Below are positions 8,844-18,781 of a stretch of 64,000 nucleotides of DNA, in pieces. Location of the stretch: IMG/VR virus record IMGVR_UViG_3300026094_000002; one strand, given 5' to 3'. The DNA comes from a virus (Duplodnaviria > Caudoviricetes). The notes under the pieces are model-generated. The model made no database searches. It was given only the letters and a program-made list of their open reading frames with translations, and was not told the DNA's origin. The stretch's first letter is position 1, and the number at the start of each line of letters is the position of its first letter. The position numbers and the translations under genes are program-made.

Positions 8844-11234
8844 TCACCCCAAAATTGTTTGATCTGGGAACAACAAATACTTATCCAGACGATCATCATC
8901 TATATACGAAACTTCATCTATACTACTGACTTCATTCCACGTCTGTGTTTCAGCATCCCAGAATTGTGTTCCTGCACCTTCTAATACATAACGCTCTACA
9001 TCAAAATCAACTTTGTTGAGTTCGCGTCCAATAAATTCACGTATGCGATAAGCGAGTTTTTCTCCTTCACCCGGTTTTACATATGCTATAACCCACGCTG
9101 GGACAAAGCCCAGCGGACGACCATCTTCTTGTTTGCTCGTCATCCAGTCAGGCAACACAAAATCACGCAGTCCGATAGAATCAAATAGTTGATTACGCAT
9201 ATTTACAAGACTGTTTGGATACAGTGTATCTGTTTGGCTTCCATCACGTAATGTAACTGTATTTGGCCATTCAATTTCTTCTGGAATACTTTCTAAATCG
9301 CGGTTAAGAGCAAGATCATTTATCTCACTATAGATAACTTCATATTTCACTGTGCCATCATCATTTAATGCTCTTGCTGTTTTTATTGAACCTAACACAA
9401 TACGTTTCCGAAAATGATTTTGGGACAATGCCGTGACATATTCATCTAATGTTTTTGGATTTAGCCCAAATGCGTGTTGATAGATTACAGAATCTGCAAT
9501 ACCAAAATTTGGGTCATTTCTGCGATAAACGGAATCAGGCGGAATAACATCACGGTTAAACAATAAACCATCAATCAAATCACGATCATTGCGTGGAGGA
9601 AGTGCTTTAATGTATATTGATTGCTGTGGAACCGCATCAGAATAATCTACTGTTACAGAAAAATCTCTAAGGGTAGATATAAATCCATCTTGTGTGAAAA
9701 CTTCTACCGTAAATGCGTAATCTTTTAATAAAGATGAGTCAGGGTCAATCACTGAACCAACACCATTAAATATACCAGCAATCTCGCCAGTTGAAAGTAG
9801 TGTTGTTCCCGGTGGCAAACTTCCTTGATTTAGGCGATAAAACAGTGGTTCATCATAAGATGATTCTGCTACCGTTTCTAACTCACTTATCACACCAGAA
9901 TTCACAGTACCCAAGTTTTCTGGCGATAGCCAAGTTATAAACTTCTCTATCTCACCAATAACTCTTAGTGTAAATGTGTTCGGTTCTGCATCAACCCATT
10001 CTTCTCCATTGAAAACTCTTGGTTTAACAAAGTATTTTTCAGACGATACAATTGTTGCACTATCTAATATAGGTCCATCATCAACTTTTCTGATTTTGAG
10101 TTCTTCGCCTTCTACAAACTCTACAGAAGATGTTTTTTGGACTACGAGCGTATTTGATTTTGGAGAACTGGTTACTACTCCTGTTGGTGTTTCTCCTGAT
10201 ACACTAACTCCATCCTGAGAAACATAATATCCACTTTGAACATTAACAACAATATCGTCATCAAGAACAATCTCATAAAAAATTGAATTTGCTTTTGTGA
10301 CAGTCACATCAAATGAAAAATTACGCTCAACTGCACCTTGGCTAGGTAGATATCCGTACAACCAACCAGTTGATCCTTCAAATTCTAAGCCATCTGGTAT
10401 AGTACCATCTAAAATAAATTCAATTGGATCACCATCAAAATCTAATGCATCAAATTTAAACGCATAATAGTTGTCTGCACGAACAGTTCCTAAGTCGGTT
10501 TCGGTTGTGGTCAAAACCGGCGGTCTTTCTGGAATAACATCGGCAGTTATGAATGTATTGTCACCAGTATTATTTGTATTATCTGATGTCATAGCATCAA
10601 CTGCATATACAAATATTTCAAATGTTCTTATGTTTGATTGTTTCCCATCAGAAACCTCTAATGTAAATTCGTAATTTTTTGAAACACTGTTATTACTGAA
10701 ATCAAAATCAAATTCATCAAATGCAGTAACGTCATATCCATCCCCTTCTGACGGACGGCGAAACGGCTCAATAAACCCTGAAATGTTACCATCCGAACTT
10801 AGTGTTAGGCCCGGTGGCAATTCTCCTGATAAAAGATCTACAGTTAGAGTTTCACCCGGATCAGTGTCTGTATAATCAACTGTAATATCAACTTTACTAC
10901 CATCATAGAATGTGCCTATTCTGCCAGATGATGTTATAAATTCTGGTTCATCTTGTCCTTGAACCGTAAGGTTAAATGTTCTATCTGCTATATTTCCAGA
11001 TTCATCGGTCGCTCTAACAACAAAAGTAGAAACAACATTTTTTGAAACTAAATCTGGAATTCCAGAAATTCTACCATCAGATCTAAGTGTCAATCCCGGA
11101 GGTAACTCTCCAGATATTATAGCATAAGATACTGAACTTTCTGACTCTGCTTCTAAAATTTTGCTATAGATAACACTTTCGGGAATTGTTCCCAAAGAAC
11201 CAGAATTCGTTACCCAACTAAGTACTGCAGACAT
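8844..11234 (-). CDS. virion structural protein with putative Ig-like (He_PIG) repeats
   Basis: Repeated Y....G.LPPG.TL...G.ISG units. Confidence 0.75.
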   Translation of the reverse strand: MSAVLSWVTNSGSLGTIPESVIYSKILEAESESSVSYAIISGELPPGLTLRSDGRISGIPDLVSKNVVSTFVVRATDESGNIADRTFNLTVQGQDEPEFITSSGRIGTFYDGSKVDITVDYTDTDPGETLTVDLLSGELPPGLTLSSDGNISGFIEPFRRPSEGDGYDVTAFDEFDFDFSNNSVSKNYEFTLEVSDGKQSNIRTFEIFVYAVDAMTSDNTNNTGDNTFITADVIPERPPVLTTTETDLGTVRADNYYAFKFDALDFDGDPIEFILDGTIPDGLEFEGSTGWLYGYLPSQGAVERNFSFDVTVTKANSIFYEIVLDDDIVVNVQSGYYVSQDGVSVSGETPTGVVTSSPKSNTLVVQKTSSVEFVEGEELKIRKVDDGPILDSATIVSSEKYFVKPRVFNGEEWVDAEPNTFTLRVIGEIEKFITWLSPENLGTVNSGVISELETVAESSYDEPLFYRLNQGSLPPGTTLLSTGEIAGIFNGVGSVIDPDSSLLKDYAFTVEVFTQDGFISTLRDFSVTVDYSDAVPQQSIYIKALPPRNDRDLIDGLLFNRDVIPPDSVYRRNDPNFGIADSVIYQHAFGLNPKTLDEYVTALSQNHFRKRIVLGSIKTARALNDDGTVKYEVIYSEINDLALNRDLESIPEEIEWPNTVTLRDGSQTDTLYPNSLVNMRNQLFDSIGLRDFVLPDWMTSKQEDGRPLGFVPAWVIAYVKPGEGEKLAYRIREFIGRELNKVDFDVERYVLEGAGTQFWDAETQTWNEVSSIDEVSYIDDDRLDKYLLFPDQTILG

Positions 11235-13102
11235 TATACCCTCCCGACTGCAATCTCAACTGTTCCGCTATTGCCTTCAAAATTTTCTAATGATTTACCT
11301 ATTATGGTTCCGGGTTTGGGGTTTTCTTCTGCTCTGGCGTGTCCATCCCCATTTGAAACAAGAATTGATCCTTTTTTAATTTTTCCAGTAACCAAACAAG
11401 GTACTCGTCCTTGTAGTGCTACAGGGAGAGAAAAACTTTTGTTGTCAGATTCTAATGCTGTGTTCATAAGATATGCTGGATTTGTAGATATTACACCTGC
11501 TACTGCTGCATCTGAATCTATTTTGGATACTGTGACTTCACTTTCTCCACCAAAGGAGACCACAGTTCCCTGAGAATATTCACGATCAGAAAGATAGTTT
11601 TCGGCTAAGTCCGCATATTGAGCAGTTGTAGATGTTCCAGCGAAAATTGACGCACTAAGTGTTGAAGTTGATGGATTGTAAATAAAACCCGGGCTATCAA
11701 CAAATAAAGTATCTACATCTCCAGATGAACCAATCAAGAATGGCACAAAGAAGTTTGCAAATGCTGATGTGTCTTCAATCGGAACCTCACTCCCGGGCCC
11801 TGTGGCACCTTGGGGTCCGGTTGCACCTTGCGGTCCTTCTATACCAGTTGCACCTGTAGCACCTACTGGACCGTCCGAACCTGACAAACCCTCTGGGCCA
11901 GTAGCACCTGTTGGGCCCTCGGGTCCTGTCGCACCAGTTTCGCCCTCTGGGCCAATGGAGCCTTGCGGGCCCTCGATACCAGTTGCACCTGTGGCACCAG
12001 TAGCACCTTCAGCAGCAAACTCGCCCGGGATCCCTGTGGCACCGGTTGGACCGGTGGAGCCTGTGGCACCAGTAGCACCGCCGGGGTCGCCTTGTGGGCC
12101 TTCTGGGCCAGTGGCACCAGTGGCACCAACCCCTGTGGCACCTGTTGGCCCCACTTCTCCCTCGGGTCCTGTAGCACCTGTGGCACCGCCGGGGTCACCC
12201 TGAGGCCCCGTCGCACCAGTTAGCCCGATAGGTCCAGTCGCACCCGTGGCACCAAGACCTGTGGCACCCGTGGCACCGGTAGCACCGCCGGGGTCACCCT
12301 GAGGCCCTGTCGCACCGATTGTTCCCGGGTCGCCTGTTGCACCCATTACCCCTGTCGCACCCGTTGGACCAGTTGCACCAGTAGCACCTGCACCAGTTGC
12401 ACCTTGTGGTCCAGTTGCACCCTGTGGTCCTGTTAAGCCAGTGGCACCAAGTCCTGTGGAGCCTTGGGCACCTGTGGCACCTTGTGCTCCGGTTGCACCG
12501 GTTAGACCTGTTGCCCCCGTTTGTCCTTGTGGGCCTGTTGCACCCGGGACACCTGCAGCACCAGATAAATTAACCGTCCACTCAGAATAAGTTCCAGAGC
12601 CATTTGCTATATCAATTTCAGCCGTCATTGATCCTGTTGCTTCATCATAACTTGAAACAACACCAGTCATATCATTGCTCAAATCATGAACTATTATGAC
12701 TGGTTGCCCTGAAGACCACGCTAAATCTGTATCTACTGTTAATGTTTTTGATCCAGTGCCAATAGTCAATTCTGTTGTTGAGGATGTTGAGTATTGATCA
12801 CCAACTGGTCCCTCAACACCAGTTGCCCCTGTTGGACCTTCTGCCCCAGTTGCACCGATGCCCCCCTGTAGTCCGGTAGCACCTTGGTCTCCTTCAGGTC
12901 CTGTTGGACCAGTTGCACCTGTTGCACCTACACCAGATTGCCAAGCACGGTTGCCATCTGTGTCACTGGTTATAAAAAACCCGGGTCCCGGGGGTACCCC
13001 AAGATCTGGCTCTGCTTGTGCCAAATCTAAAAATTCATACCGGTCTTCACTGACTTCAGTGGGTGATATTTTTTTGACTTTTCCTGATAATAATTTTGAC
13101 AT
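11234..13102 (-). CDS. collagen-like tail fibre with C-terminal chaperone/peptidase-like domain
   Basis: Long Gly-X-Y runs ([10 protein letters not shown]); C-terminal YADLAENY...G.VP..V.G...KG..LV...G.A domain. Confidence 0.85.
   Translation of the reverse strand: MSKLLSGKVKKISPTEVSEDRYEFLDLAQAEPDLGVPPGPGFFITSDTDGNRAWQSGVGATGATGPTGPEGDQGATGLQGGIGATGAEGPTGATGVEGPVGDQYSTSSTTELTIGTGSKTLTVDTDLAWSSGQPVIIVHDLSNDMTGVVSSYDEATGSMTAEIDIANGSGTYSEWTVNLSGAAGVPGATGPQGQTGATGLTGATGAQGATGAQGSTGLGATGLTGPQGATGPQGATGAGATGATGPTGATGVMGATGDPGTIGATGPQGDPGGATGATGATGLGATGATGPIGLTGATGPQGDPGGATGATGPEGEVGPTGATGVGATGATGPEGPQGDPGGATGATGSTGPTGATGIPGEFAAEGATGATGATGIEGPQGSIGPEGETGATGPEGPTGATGPEGLSGSDGPVGATGATGIEGPQGATGPQGATGPGSEVPIEDTSAFANFFVPFLIGSSGDVDTLFVDSPGFIYNPSTSTLSASIFAGTSTTAQYADLAENYLSDREYSQGTVVSFGGESEVTVSKIDSDAAVAGVISTNPAYLMNTALESDNKSFSLPVALQGRVPCLVTGKIKKGSILVSNGDGHARAEENPKPGTIIGKSLENFEGNSGTVEIAVGRV
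11790..12930 (-). repeat. Gly-X-Y collagen coding repeats, GC-rich
   Basis: Reiterated gcacc(a/t)gt(g/t)gcacc units; interrupted by a non-collagen domain at about 12560-12800. Confidence 0.9.
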
Positions 13103-13108
13103 AGTTTA

Positions 13109-13435
13109 TTAATTTTCTGATTCTAATATGCTTAACACCAACTGTATCGCATTATTTTGGCTGCCAGATACGGATATACTTTGGCTTTCCTTTAGTACCA
13201 ATTTCCCCGTCAATAATCCAGAAGAATCATTACTTGGAATGCCACTTTCAAAAGCCAAATAAGTTGTACTGCCACCTGATGTTTCAAGTGCTAATGTTAT
13301 ATTAGATGTATCAGACGTTACATTTGTGGCTTGAGCTAATATAACTATTGCACTAAATCCAATCGGTGCTGTATATATTGTTTCAGTTGTGTCTGTTACG
13401 CTATGTCTAACGTTTTCAAATCTGTTAAGAGCCAT
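13109..13435 (-). CDS. small virion/tail assembly protein
   Basis: 108 aa beta-rich ORF between fibre genes. Confidence 0.55.
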   Translation of the reverse strand: MALNRFENVRHSVTDTTETIYTAPIGFSAIVILAQATNVTSDTSNITLALETSGGSTTYLAFESGIPSNDSSGLLTGKLVLKESQSISVSGSQNNAIQLVLSILESEN

Positions 13436-13438
13436 CTT

Positions 13439-14734
13439 TTATCCTTCAATCGATAGTATGTATGGTGTTAATACGGCGAAGAGTGCTCGGTCAAATGCAT
13501 CCCCTTCAAGTGTTCCTGTTCTGCCGTTAATGGTAAGGTCATCACCAATTTGGAAATTTCCTCGGTGATCTGTGCTGGAATATATTACAGTTCCACCATC
13601 TTCTGTAACCACTTCATTTTCTTGTATTGCTATACCACCAGTTTGTGGTAGTGCATCTTGTAATTGGTTTCCTGCCCCCACAAACTCAAACGTATGAGAA
13701 CTGGCTGTAATTGTGCTTCTTTTATAAAATTTTACAGGTGTATTATCAGAAATCGGATTTACGATTGTATCGCCTATTGTGATTGTCACTTCGCCATTGT
13801 CTAATTCTGTAGTATCAATAACATTAAAAATCGTGGTTCCACCATCAAAACTCACGGATTGATCTATGTTGGGGCGTTCATCTAAACCATCAATAACAAA
13901 TGTTCTGCCAAACTGATCAACACCATTTGTAGCACCGTCATTTTCCATATCAACTTTTCCTCTGGAAAGTAATCCAAAGGTTCCGAAACTGGTGTTACTA
14001 TTTGTCAAACTGCATAAACCACCACTTTCGCATAATATTCCTATCTGTGTGCAAATAGTAAAAATACTAACTAATTGTGCATAACCTTGATTAAGAAGAT
14101 GAACACCTGTGCCACCGGAGTTAAATTGTGTAAAGGCATCTGCAACCATTGATCTGTTGCCTTGGGCCAAACTACCGTCTATTCGCATACCAGTACCAGT
14201 TGTAGTAATACTGGAACAGTTTTGAACATATGGGCTGGTATTAATTGATCCTGCACCTCCGCTGGGATAAGCAATTGCAGAAGCCGGGGAGACATGATCT
14301 CTAAAAGTCATATTGGCGATATAATCAGCGTTTTGTATATGAAATATATCTTGGTCTGTGATTTCTGGTCTTATAGTGACACTACGAAGACTATCGCCTA
14401 CGATACTCAATCGTGGAGGACAAACAATTGGGTTATCTTCTGTGTAATCCCCTGATTTGACAAATATACAAGCACGTCTATCAGTATTTTCATCTAAAAA
14501 TGCGGTTGCTACTTGTACAGCACGTTTAACCGTTAAGAATGCTTTGCCAAGTGAATCACCATTGTTGGAATCATCACCGTTTTTAGAAACATAATAGACA
14601 TTTTCTGCTACACCACCCAACTGTCTATTATATAACTCGTTAAAGTTTTGGTTTGTTTTGTCAAATGCCTCACGAATTGGATCGCCTAATTTGTCATTAG
14701 GTGCAAAACCAATATCGATAAACTGCTGGCCCAT
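13439..14734 (-). CDS. tail fibre/baseplate protein with beta-helix-like domain
   Basis: N-terminal D.LGDPIREAFDK.NQNF.ELY; YYVSKNGDDSNNG; IFVKSGDY.E pectin-lyase-like motifs. Confidence 0.7.
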   Translation of the reverse strand: MGQQFIDIGFAPNDKLGDPIREAFDKTNQNFNELYNRQLGGVAENVYYVSKNGDDSNNGDSLGKAFLTVKRAVQVATAFLDENTDRRACIFVKSGDYTEDNPIVCPPRLSIVGDSLRSVTIRPEITDQDIFHIQNADYIANMTFRDHVSPASAIAYPSGGAGSINTSPYVQNCSSITTTGTGMRIDGSLAQGNRSMVADAFTQFNSGGTGVHLLNQGYAQLVSIFTICTQIGILCESGGLCSLTNSNTSFGTFGLLSRGKVDMENDGATNGVDQFGRTFVIDGLDERPNIDQSVSFDGGTTIFNVIDTTELDNGEVTITIGDTIVNPISDNTPVKFYKRSTITASSHTFEFVGAGNQLQDALPQTGGIAIQENEVVTEDGGTVIYSSTDHRGNFQIGDDLTINGRTGTLEGDAFDRALFAVLTPYILSIEG

Positions 14735-14799
14735 AAGAATAATTCCTTTTCGAATTATTTATGCCAGAACTTTAACTCTTTTGCTTGGAATTTTTAGTT

Positions 14800-15918
14800 T
14801 TAAACTGGATAATTGCGTTTTAACCAGTTGAGTTCATTGCGATTTTTGTTGCGTTCATACCAGCCATTGCCTGTATAAACATTTAAAACACTTTGGAAAT
14901 ATTCTTCATACATTGGGGCAACTTCGTCTAACGTGAAGTTTTCTGCCCACTGACGACAATTGTGTGGGTCTATTGAATCAATGTTTTCCGCAGCCCAACA
15001 GAATTGTTCAAAAGATCTACAGCGGTAGCCAGTAACGCCATGGATATTGTTCTCTGTAAAAGATCCCCAATCAGTGGTAATGGTAGGAGTACCAGAGAAT
15101 AACATTTCAATCTGCACACCACCAAATGGCTCAAGATATTGACTGGCGACAAATGCACCTTTAGCATTTTTCATTAGTGTTCGGCGGGTTTCTACGTCTG
15201 CATATCCAGCAAATTTTACATGAGGTGGGAATGTAAGATTGTCAGGATTTTGTCCTGCTACAACTAAAGTAGCACCAATCTCCTGTGTTGCTTGGACTGC
15301 TATTTCAATTCCTTTGCCGCTATAAACACGCCCTAAAAATAAAAAGTAATCTTGTTTTTTATCTTCAAAATCAAAATCATCTGGGTCAAAGTAGTTTGGT
15401 ATTACTACATCGTACCAATCCTGCTGACACCCACCGACAGCACCCAATCCAAGATAAGCGTGGTAAATTGCATAACTTTCAAAAATTTTCCACCTTGCCC
15501 AATGACCACCAGCATATCCTATACCCGGCTCAACACAAATCATATCTGGGTGGGCATCACAGACAGGTCTTACACCTGCTCCCCAAAACGGCAAAATAAA
15601 GTCATGTTGTTGCTTGCGTTTTCCAACTTCTGCAATAGCATTTTTGAAGAATGTTTGATAAGCATGGTCATTCATATCAAACTTATAGAAGTTTTTACGC
15701 CAATCATAATTGCCGTATGCTTTTTGCAAATCATCATTGGTAGTGACAGTGACGTGTTCTGTGCATTCTAAGTCACTATCTTCGTGGCCATAATGAATTA
15801 CTTCGTGTCCACGACGAGTCATCATTTTGCCGAATTTTACAACTTTTTGGGTATAAGCACATGCATTGTATTCTTTGGAACTAACGGTGTGGGGCAATCC
15901 CAGTATGTGAAATCTCAT
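14800..15918 (-). CDS. GT4-family glycosyltransferase
   Basis: FLGRV...KG and EPFGGVQIEMLFSGTP.I motifs. Confidence 0.88.
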   Translation of the reverse strand: MRFHILGLPHTVSSKEYNACAYTQKVVKFGKMMTRRGHEVIHYGHEDSDLECTEHVTVTTNDDLQKAYGNYDWRKNFYKFDMNDHAYQTFFKNAIAEVGKRKQQHDFILPFWGAGVRPVCDAHPDMICVEPGIGYAGGHWARWKIFESYAIYHAYLGLGAVGGCQQDWYDVVIPNYFDPDDFDFEDKKQDYFLFLGRVYSGKGIEIAVQATQEIGATLVVAGQNPDNLTFPPHVKFAGYADVETRRTLMKNAKGAFVASQYLEPFGGVQIEMLFSGTPTITTDWGSFTENNIHGVTGYRCRSFEQFCWAAENIDSIDPHNCRQWAENFTLDEVAPMYEEYFQSVLNVYTGNGWYERNKNRNELNWLKRNYPV

Positions 15919-16466
15919 ATACCAATATCTATTCTTTCGTATAAATCCTGAAAAATATTCTCAAAGTGACCAAATGCCACAAGTGCTTCATCTGCTAATT
16001 CTGGATAAAGTTTTGATGTAAATCGCTTGTTAAGTGATCCACGATTTTCAAACTTATACCAGTTGCCACTACCGGGTATTTTCTTGGATATTACTTTACC
16101 GCCGTACATATCACCAAGATGCCTGACATATACATGAGAAAATAGATAATTTTTTCTATCAGAGTTGTAAAGCGTTGTAAGATAGTTTAGATATTCTTCG
16201 GTGCTTGGTGATAATTCGGTTTGGTGATTTGGCGATAACTCTTCTAAATCTTGTTTCATTTTAACAGCACGGGGGAGATCTTCAATGTCCTCAAATAATC
16301 CAGCCTGTTCTGCAAGATGTTCAAGATGCTCATATATAGAGAGCATTTCTGCCAAATATATTATATAATTTTTTTCGGTGACTGTGCCATGCATCAAATA
16401 TTGAATGAATGGCAGTGCCTCAACTTGTTTGTGTTTTTCTAAAGTTGCCTCGCGAAGAATACTCAT
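15915..16466 (-). CDS. heme oxygenase
   Basis: LREAT..KH...E proximal His helix; HVYVRHLGDMYGG distal helix. Confidence 0.88.
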   Translation of the reverse strand: MSILREATLEKHKQVEALPFIQYLMHGTVTEKNYIIYLAEMLSIYEHLEHLAEQAGLFEDIEDLPRAVKMKQDLEELSPNHQTELSPSTEEYLNYLTTLYNSDRKNYLFSHVYVRHLGDMYGGKVISKKIPGSGNWYKFENRGSLNKRFTSKLYPELADEALVAFGHFENIFQDLYERIDIGI

Positions 16467-16471
16467 AAAAA

Positions 16472-17041
16472 TTAGTAGTCATTAAGACGGATATTAATAG
16501 CATCCCAATTGACAATACGCCAAAAATTATTGACATATTTCTTTTTGTCCGCACGATAATCTAATGCAAATGAATGTTCCCACATATCAAGCGGAAGCAA
16601 TACATCATTTCTGACAGCGTGATTTTTGATTGTTTTAATATCACCTGAGCGTGAAAGATACACCCATCCAGACCCTTGGATTGACATAGCAGTTTTAAGC
16701 CATTCTTCTTTGAAATCTTCAAAGCTTCCGTGTTTGTCATGGATTAGTGCCAATGCAGAACCAGTTGGTCGATTGTTTTTTCTGGGTGCCTGTAATTGTG
16801 GAAAGAAAAGATTATGCAGATAACTGCCAGCACGATTGAATTCAGGGTCACCTTCGCCAGCATTGTACTTTTTTGCATAGTTTTTGGCCAGTGTATCATA
16901 ATGATATCTTATGGTATCTTCACTCATTACCGGCTCAAGGGCATCCCTTTCATACGGCAGAGGTGCAGTATCAAGACGCTTTGGCTTCTCAACTGCCTCA
17001 ATTAAATTTAGTTCGTTACGGATATTGTTTGCTATATTCAC
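16472..17041 (-). CDS. sod: Fe/Mn superoxide dismutase
   Basis: LPY...ALEP, H, LHNLFF, GSGW, DMWEH motifs; GTG start after ATAAATA. Confidence 0.88.
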   Translation of the reverse strand: MNIANNIRNELNLIEAVEKPKRLDTAPLPYERDALEPVMSEDTIRYHYDTLAKNYAKKYNAGEGDPEFNRAGSYLHNLFFPQLQAPRKNNRPTGSALALIHDKHGSFEDFKEEWLKTAMSIQGSGWVYLSRSGDIKTIKNHAVRNDVLLPLDMWEHSFALDYRADKKKYVNNFWRIVNWDAINIRLNDY

Positions 17042-17065
17042 GATAATATTTATTGTCTATTGAAT

Positions 17066-17094
17066 AAAAAAATGCAGACTCAGAGTCTGCATTC
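17066..17094 (-). terminator. intrinsic terminator
   Basis: ATGCAGACTC-stem hairpin followed by a U-tract on the minus strand. Confidence 0.75.
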
Positions 17095-17111
17095 ATAGTA
17101 GTCATTATGGA

Positions 17112-17297
17112 TTACTTGTCGAGAGCGTTTTTCTCTTCCATAATTTCTTTGCGGCGTTCTTTAATTGCCCCTGCCATATCCTGTAGTGCTTTTCTTGCAC
17201 GAGCGGCAGACGCCTTAACGCCCTTTTCTGTTAGTTTAGCATTTTCATCCAGATATGTCTGGAAGGCTTCTTCGATTGTTTTATGATTATTTGACAC
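17112..17297 (-). CDS. small histone H1-like (Hc1-type) DNA-binding protein
   Basis: KF/LTEKGVKASAARARKALQDM...IKERRKEI pattern; GTG start with AGGAG. Confidence 0.55.
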   Translation of the reverse strand: MSNNHKTIEEAFQTYLDENAKLTEKGVKASAARARKALQDMAGAIKERRKEIMEEKNALDK

Positions 17298-17326
17298 TTT
17301 TTTTCTCCTATGTGTTTTTAATTACT

Positions 17327-17611
17327 TCACCACCATCCGGCTGCAACACCGAATCCGAAAACATTAATGAAACTAAAATAGCCAGTTAATAGCATAACCC
17401 ATGCTGATCCTCTTCTTACCGCAGCATAACATTGTGTTGTACTACCAATAAAAAAGAACGGATAAACAAGCATCATATTTGGATCACGAGCAGTTAGTGC
17501 TAATGATAAACTGGCACTAACTGTAAAAACAAAACTGACCAGTTCAAAACCAAATGCAATTCGGTCAGATTTATAACTGTTTTTCCAAAAATTGATTATT
17601 TTATTTTTCAT
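17327..17611 (-). CDS. small membrane protein
   Basis: Three hydrophobic segments. Confidence 0.55.
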   Translation of the reverse strand: MKNKIINFWKNSYKSDRIAFGFELVSFVFTVSASLSLALTARDPNMMLVYPFFFIGSTTQCYAAVRRGSAWVMLLTGYFSFINVFGFGVAAGWW

Positions 17612-17614
17612 TAA

Positions 17615-17899
17615 TTAGTGAAGTTTAGTATTTGAATTATTAATAATGTTAGATGAAGGTATATCATCTAAATCTATATCAAATTCAGAATCAGTCGCGT
17701 TTTCCAAGTCTGATGCAACCATTATGTGGTTATCATATAACTCAGCAACTTCTTGTGATACACCTAGCATTCTCATAAGGCCACCAACATTAAGTTCTTC
17801 TATCCCAAAAGTGCGTAATACTTGAAAAATTTCAACAATTACATCTTGGAATTCTTCGACTACTTTTTGATCAACGTTCTCGTTATATGCATTTGACAT
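17615..17899 (-). CDS. hypothetical protein
   Basis: 94 aa ORF in operon. Confidence 0.5.
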   Translation of the reverse strand: MSNAYNENVDQKVVEEFQDVIVEIFQVLRTFGIEELNVGGLMRMLGVSQEVAELYDNHIMVASDLENATDSEFDIDLDDIPSSNIINNSNTKLH

Positions 17900-17945
17900 G
17901 ATAGTAGTTATGTCCTATTTGTTGTGGCTATTAATTTATATGCAA

Positions 17946-18725
17946 CTAATCAAAATAGTCTGCAATACTTTTTGACATTGAAAAGTCTTCTACCACTGCC
18001 TGTTGGTCGTATTCAAACTTATACGGACTATCCTGCCAAACTCTGTAGTAAAACTTCTCAGTAGGATACCGCTTATACATATTGCTTGAACCACGATTAA
18101 AACTACTCAAACGAAAAATCTCATTATATTCAGAATCATAAGCAACATATGCATTATTTTCTCCTGATTTATTGGTAGTCGTTTGGAAGTCTGCTGCTTC
18201 TGGAATTTCAAATTCATTTGTTGTGAGTGTAATTGCCTTCATACCATCACGCTCACCATACTGAACAATAAAACTCATTACAGTATTACAGCCATCTTGC
18301 TCACTCTTGGTCCAAACAAAATTCTCATACTCTGAAATTTGTTCAGAAAGAATTTCTTCTGGGTCACCATTATATCCCTGTAAGTCCACGGTTGGGCGTC
18401 TGACTTGTGTCATAATACTCTTGGGAACGCTTAGGTGAACCGGGGTGCCTTCGATACTAATATCAATAAGTGTATTATCTTCCATATTTGTCCTTGAGTT
18501 AATTTTTTTAATGAATTTTAAAGTCTTGTTGCCTTTAACATCAATAGAAACATCATCTGCTTTTACATCTGTAATAGTGTTTGGACTCCCTAATTGTTGT
18601 GTGTTAAAAAATGGGTCTAACCCTCGTGAAATGGCTGTTTCTAATGCTTGTCCTGTTGGGTAATTGTAATCCCAGCAGTTTCCAATGTGATAAAAAATAT
18701 TATTTGCAATTTCTTGATTAATCAT
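17946..18725 (-). CDS. hypothetical protein, possible PD-(D/E)xK nuclease
   Basis: ITDVKADDVSIDVKG resembles the (P)D...(D/E)xK core. Confidence 0.4.
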   Translation of the reverse strand: MINQEIANNIFYHIGNCWDYNYPTGQALETAISRGLDPFFNTQQLGSPNTITDVKADDVSIDVKGNKTLKFIKKINSRTNMEDNTLIDISIEGTPVHLSVPKSIMTQVRRPTVDLQGYNGDPEEILSEQISEYENFVWTKSEQDGCNTVMSFIVQYGERDGMKAITLTTNEFEIPEAADFQTTTNKSGENNAYVAYDSEYNEIFRLSSFNRGSSNMYKRYPTEKFYYRVWQDSPYKFEYDQQAVVEDFSMSKSIADYFD

Positions 18726-18781
18726 ATCCTAATAATTAAGCCTCCATAGTTAAGAGTTAAGGGAAATATTGAGAAAATCAA

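Noticed and set aside
11271-13112. Several antisense and alternate-frame ORFs over the collagen gene
   Set aside because: Shadow ORFs produced by GC-rich Gly-X-Y repeats lacking stops; no RBS or promoter support.
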